Shown: piece by piece, positions 30,324 through 32,000 of the stretch | Position numbering within the stretch: the stretch's first letter is position 1 | Layout: the number at the start of each line of letters is the position of its first letter | Assembly: GCA_016699955.1 (NCBI GenBank) | Contig: CP064993.1 | Coordinates: 150,001-182,000, forward strand | Reading direction: 5' to 3' | Length of the DNA stretch: 32,000 nt | Origin: Candidatus Saccharimonadota bacterium | Lineage (GTDB): Bacteria > Patescibacteriota > Saccharimonadia > Saccharimonadales > UBA4665 | Made by a program: the position numbers and the translations under genes | Notes under the pieces: generated by a model | Told to the model about the DNA's origin: nothing | What the model saw: the letters and a program-made list of their open reading frames with translations, nothing else | Database searches by the model: none

Positions 30324-31784
30324 CTACCAAAGCTGCTGGTATTTGGCTGCGGACTGTGGCATGTACGTGTTCGGGTACAACTCGAACTGGGTCCCATAGC
30401 CAGCGACGTTGAAGACAACGTCATACAGCAGGTTCCCAGGTCCTGTGCCTCCGTTAGCGGTCATCCAGTCGTACATGTATTGGAACCAGTTCGGCGCTTC
30501 ACCGGCGCTGGCAGCGTTGCTCCACTCACAGAGCGCTATTGGCTTGCCATGCTGCGCCGCAAACAGGCGATACTGTTCGATACCCATAGGGCCGCCGTTT
30601 GATGTTCGGTTGATATGCGTGTTAAATGCTGACAGGTTGTTAGTACCAGATCCTTCCCAGTTATAGTAGTCGACACCAACTACGTCTACGTACTGGTCTC
30701 CAGGCCATGTAGTGCGCACGTCGTAACCCTGGTGAGTGCCGTCGTTTGGACACCAGACGGTCTTCGCGCCAGGAAAGTGAATCCGGACGAGGTTAGCCCA
30801 GCGTGCCCACGCAGTTTTAAAGTTGTTGACGTTACCAGGGGTCACAGACCACGGATACCACGTGCCATTAAACTCGTGTGCAAATCGGATGTGCATCTTC
30901 GTCGCGTCACGAGCGCCCCACGCGTTCTTGAGCGTGGTTAGTTGAGAGGTCCAACGTGAGTCAAACGCTCCAGAGGCAGCGGATCCCCACGCACCGCTCT
31001 CGCTGTTCAAGAAGGCGCCGATAGCCCAGTCCATGGCGGGGATGTTACCGTAAGGCGCCCCCGAAGGCACGAACCAACTAACTGATGCAATGTGGTTCCC
31101 TTCTGTGTCCTGTGCGGCCCAAGAGCCGCCGATCTCCACAGGACGGCCACGCCAGGCGGCAAAGCTGCCGTTCGCCGTGGTTGCAGCTTCGGACTGGCCG
31201 GATATCCACGTGCCTGTGCCTACGCCGCCAGTCGTCGTACCATTTGTATTTACGGTACTGGTCGTGCCGCCGCCCTGCAAATTGCCTGTGAGCGCGTAGG
31301 AATAGTTTGTGCCAAGGGTAAGACCAGTGTCAGTATAGGTAGTTGCTCCGGCAGCCGGGTTGGCTATGGTAGAACCACCGCGGTTAAGCGTGTAGTTAGT
31401 GAGAGTCGCGCCGCTATATGCCCAGGATAAACTAACAGTAGTATCGGTAGTAGCCGTAACCATAAAGTTAGATATGAAATTGCCGACACCGGATATAAGG
31501 AGTGAGACGGTATCGCTATAACCATCACCTGAGACAGTAAAGTTATATGTTGAGCCGGTGACTAAGAAATTAAATGTCGTCTCGCGCACCGCACCGCCGA
31601 CTGTTCCTGACCATGGCCCGGTGCCTTCGGAATCCACTCCGTCGCGGCCTACCGTCCAGCCACCTGCAGGGTTAAGCGCTGTCGTCCATGTCAGTTTAGC
31701 CTGACCGCTGCCAAGATACGTTATCTGGGCCGATAATATACTAACGGGATTTGCCCTCATACGACGTCTGGCGCTATTACTCAT
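30324..31784 (-). CDS. Glycoside hydrolase, GH26-like (mannanase-type) catalytic domain preceded by two FN3-like modules
   Basis: Carries RFAHEFNGTWYPWSV (the HE-x-NG-x-W motif), VWCPNDG and YVDVVGVDYYNW. The FN3 segment is TVSLSWAYSGATLTNYTLNRGGSTIANPAAGATTYTDTGLTLGTNYSYALTG. Confidence 0.65.
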   Translation of the reverse strand: MSNSARRRMRANPVSILSAQITYLGSGQAKLTWTTALNPAGGWTVGRDGVDSEGTGPWSGTVGGAVRETTFNFLVTGSTYNFTVSGDGYSDTVSLLISGVGNFISNFMVTATTDTTVSLSWAYSGATLTNYTLNRGGSTIANPAAGATTYTDTGLTLGTNYSYALTGNLQGGGTTSTVNTNGTTTGGVGTGTWISGQSEAATTANGSFAAWRGRPVEIGGSWAAQDTEGNHIASVSWFVPSGAPYGNIPAMDWAIGAFLNSESGAWGSAASGAFDSRWTSQLTTLKNAWGARDATKMHIRFAHEFNGTWYPWSVTPGNVNNFKTAWARWANLVRIHFPGAKTVWCPNDGTHQGYDVRTTWPGDQYVDVVGVDYYNWEGSGTNNLSAFNTHINRTSNGGPMGIEQYRLFAAQHGKPIALCEWSNAASAGEAPNWFQYMYDWMTANGGTGPGNLLYDVVFNVAGYGTQFELYPNTYMPQSAAKYQQLW

Positions 31785-31843
31785 ACTATACAGGGTATCT
31801 TACATGCTTATATTTAGCTACATGATTATGCCGAACCGGGGTT

Positions 31844-32000
31844 CTACGTATTGAAGTAGCAGTCAAGCAAACTCGTAGCCAGTAATTGCAACGTGTCAAT
31901 TATCGTATCGTTATTTAAGCTTTCGCCGTACACTAGCGGCAGTTCGGTGCAACCCAAAATTACAGTGTCTAGCTTATTGATTTGCCTAAACTTATTTACT
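31844..32000 (-). CDS. Asp/Glu racemase family protein, C-terminal 51 codons (5' part beyond the window)
   Basis: The minus frame reads VNKFRQINKLDTVILGCTELPLVYGESLNNDTIIDTLQLLATSLLDCYFNT*. LGCTELPL is the second catalytic-Cys motif of aspartate racemase-type enzymes. It is absent from the ORF track because no start codon lies in the window. Confidence 0.6.
   Translation of the reverse strand, partial: VNKFRQINKLDTVILGCTELPLVYGESLNNDTIIDTLQLLATSLLDCYFNT

Overview
All family calls come from reading motifs in the translated ORFs and from repeats and helices seen by eye. No database search, RNA model or fold calculation was run. The window appears to be bacterial, with moderate GC, several exact TTGACA-17-TATAAT promoters and an LPXTG surface protein. 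A Patescibacteria/Saccharibacteria-like or Gram-positive-like origin is possible but unproven.

Layout:
- 1-6.1 kb: a rearranged accessory patch. It holds a nucleoside 2-deoxyribosyltransferase-like gene, tRNA-Cys, a HIT/Ap4A-phosphorylase-like gene, a shortened IS982-like element and a large DUF4038/GH140-like glycoside hydrolase. It is crossed by two sets of direct repeats.
- 6155-6231: tRNA-Gly(GCC).
- 6.2-23.0 kb: a mosaic island. The 3' end of tRNA-Gly recurs at least four more times on the same strand, each copy followed by a hairpin and T-run. A truncated recombinase-like fragment sits at the tRNA. The cargo splits into an apparently AT-rich block at 6.6-14.9 kb and small DUF and metabolic genes at 16.8-22.7 kb.
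- 23.3-31.8 kb: a surface and exopolysaccharide region (LPXTG protein, fused polysaccharide deacetylase-GT2 synthase, DPBB-like protein, Thr/Pro-rich repeat protein), then proB, a GH26-like hydrolase and a partial Asp/Glu racemase.

Best candidates for something undescribed:
- A 1287-aa DUF4011-like SF1 helicase fused to a DUF559/Vsr-like nuclease and a WYL-like tail. It converges on a 358-aa protein with a DUF4145/HEPN-like C-terminus, and both lie inside the tRNA-bounded island.
- A GC-rich structured RNA-like element of about 141 nt (16579-16719) whose last 21 nt match the tRNA-Gly 3' end at 20 of 21 positions. A 96-nt partial copy lies at 6547-6642.
- A 164-nt rod-shaped, 6S-like RNA candidate on the minus strand (23067-23230).
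- tRNA-derived oddities: non-canonical T-loops and a 35-nt acceptor/T-arm minihelix.

No CRISPR array, rRNA, reverse transcriptase or intact integrase was seen.
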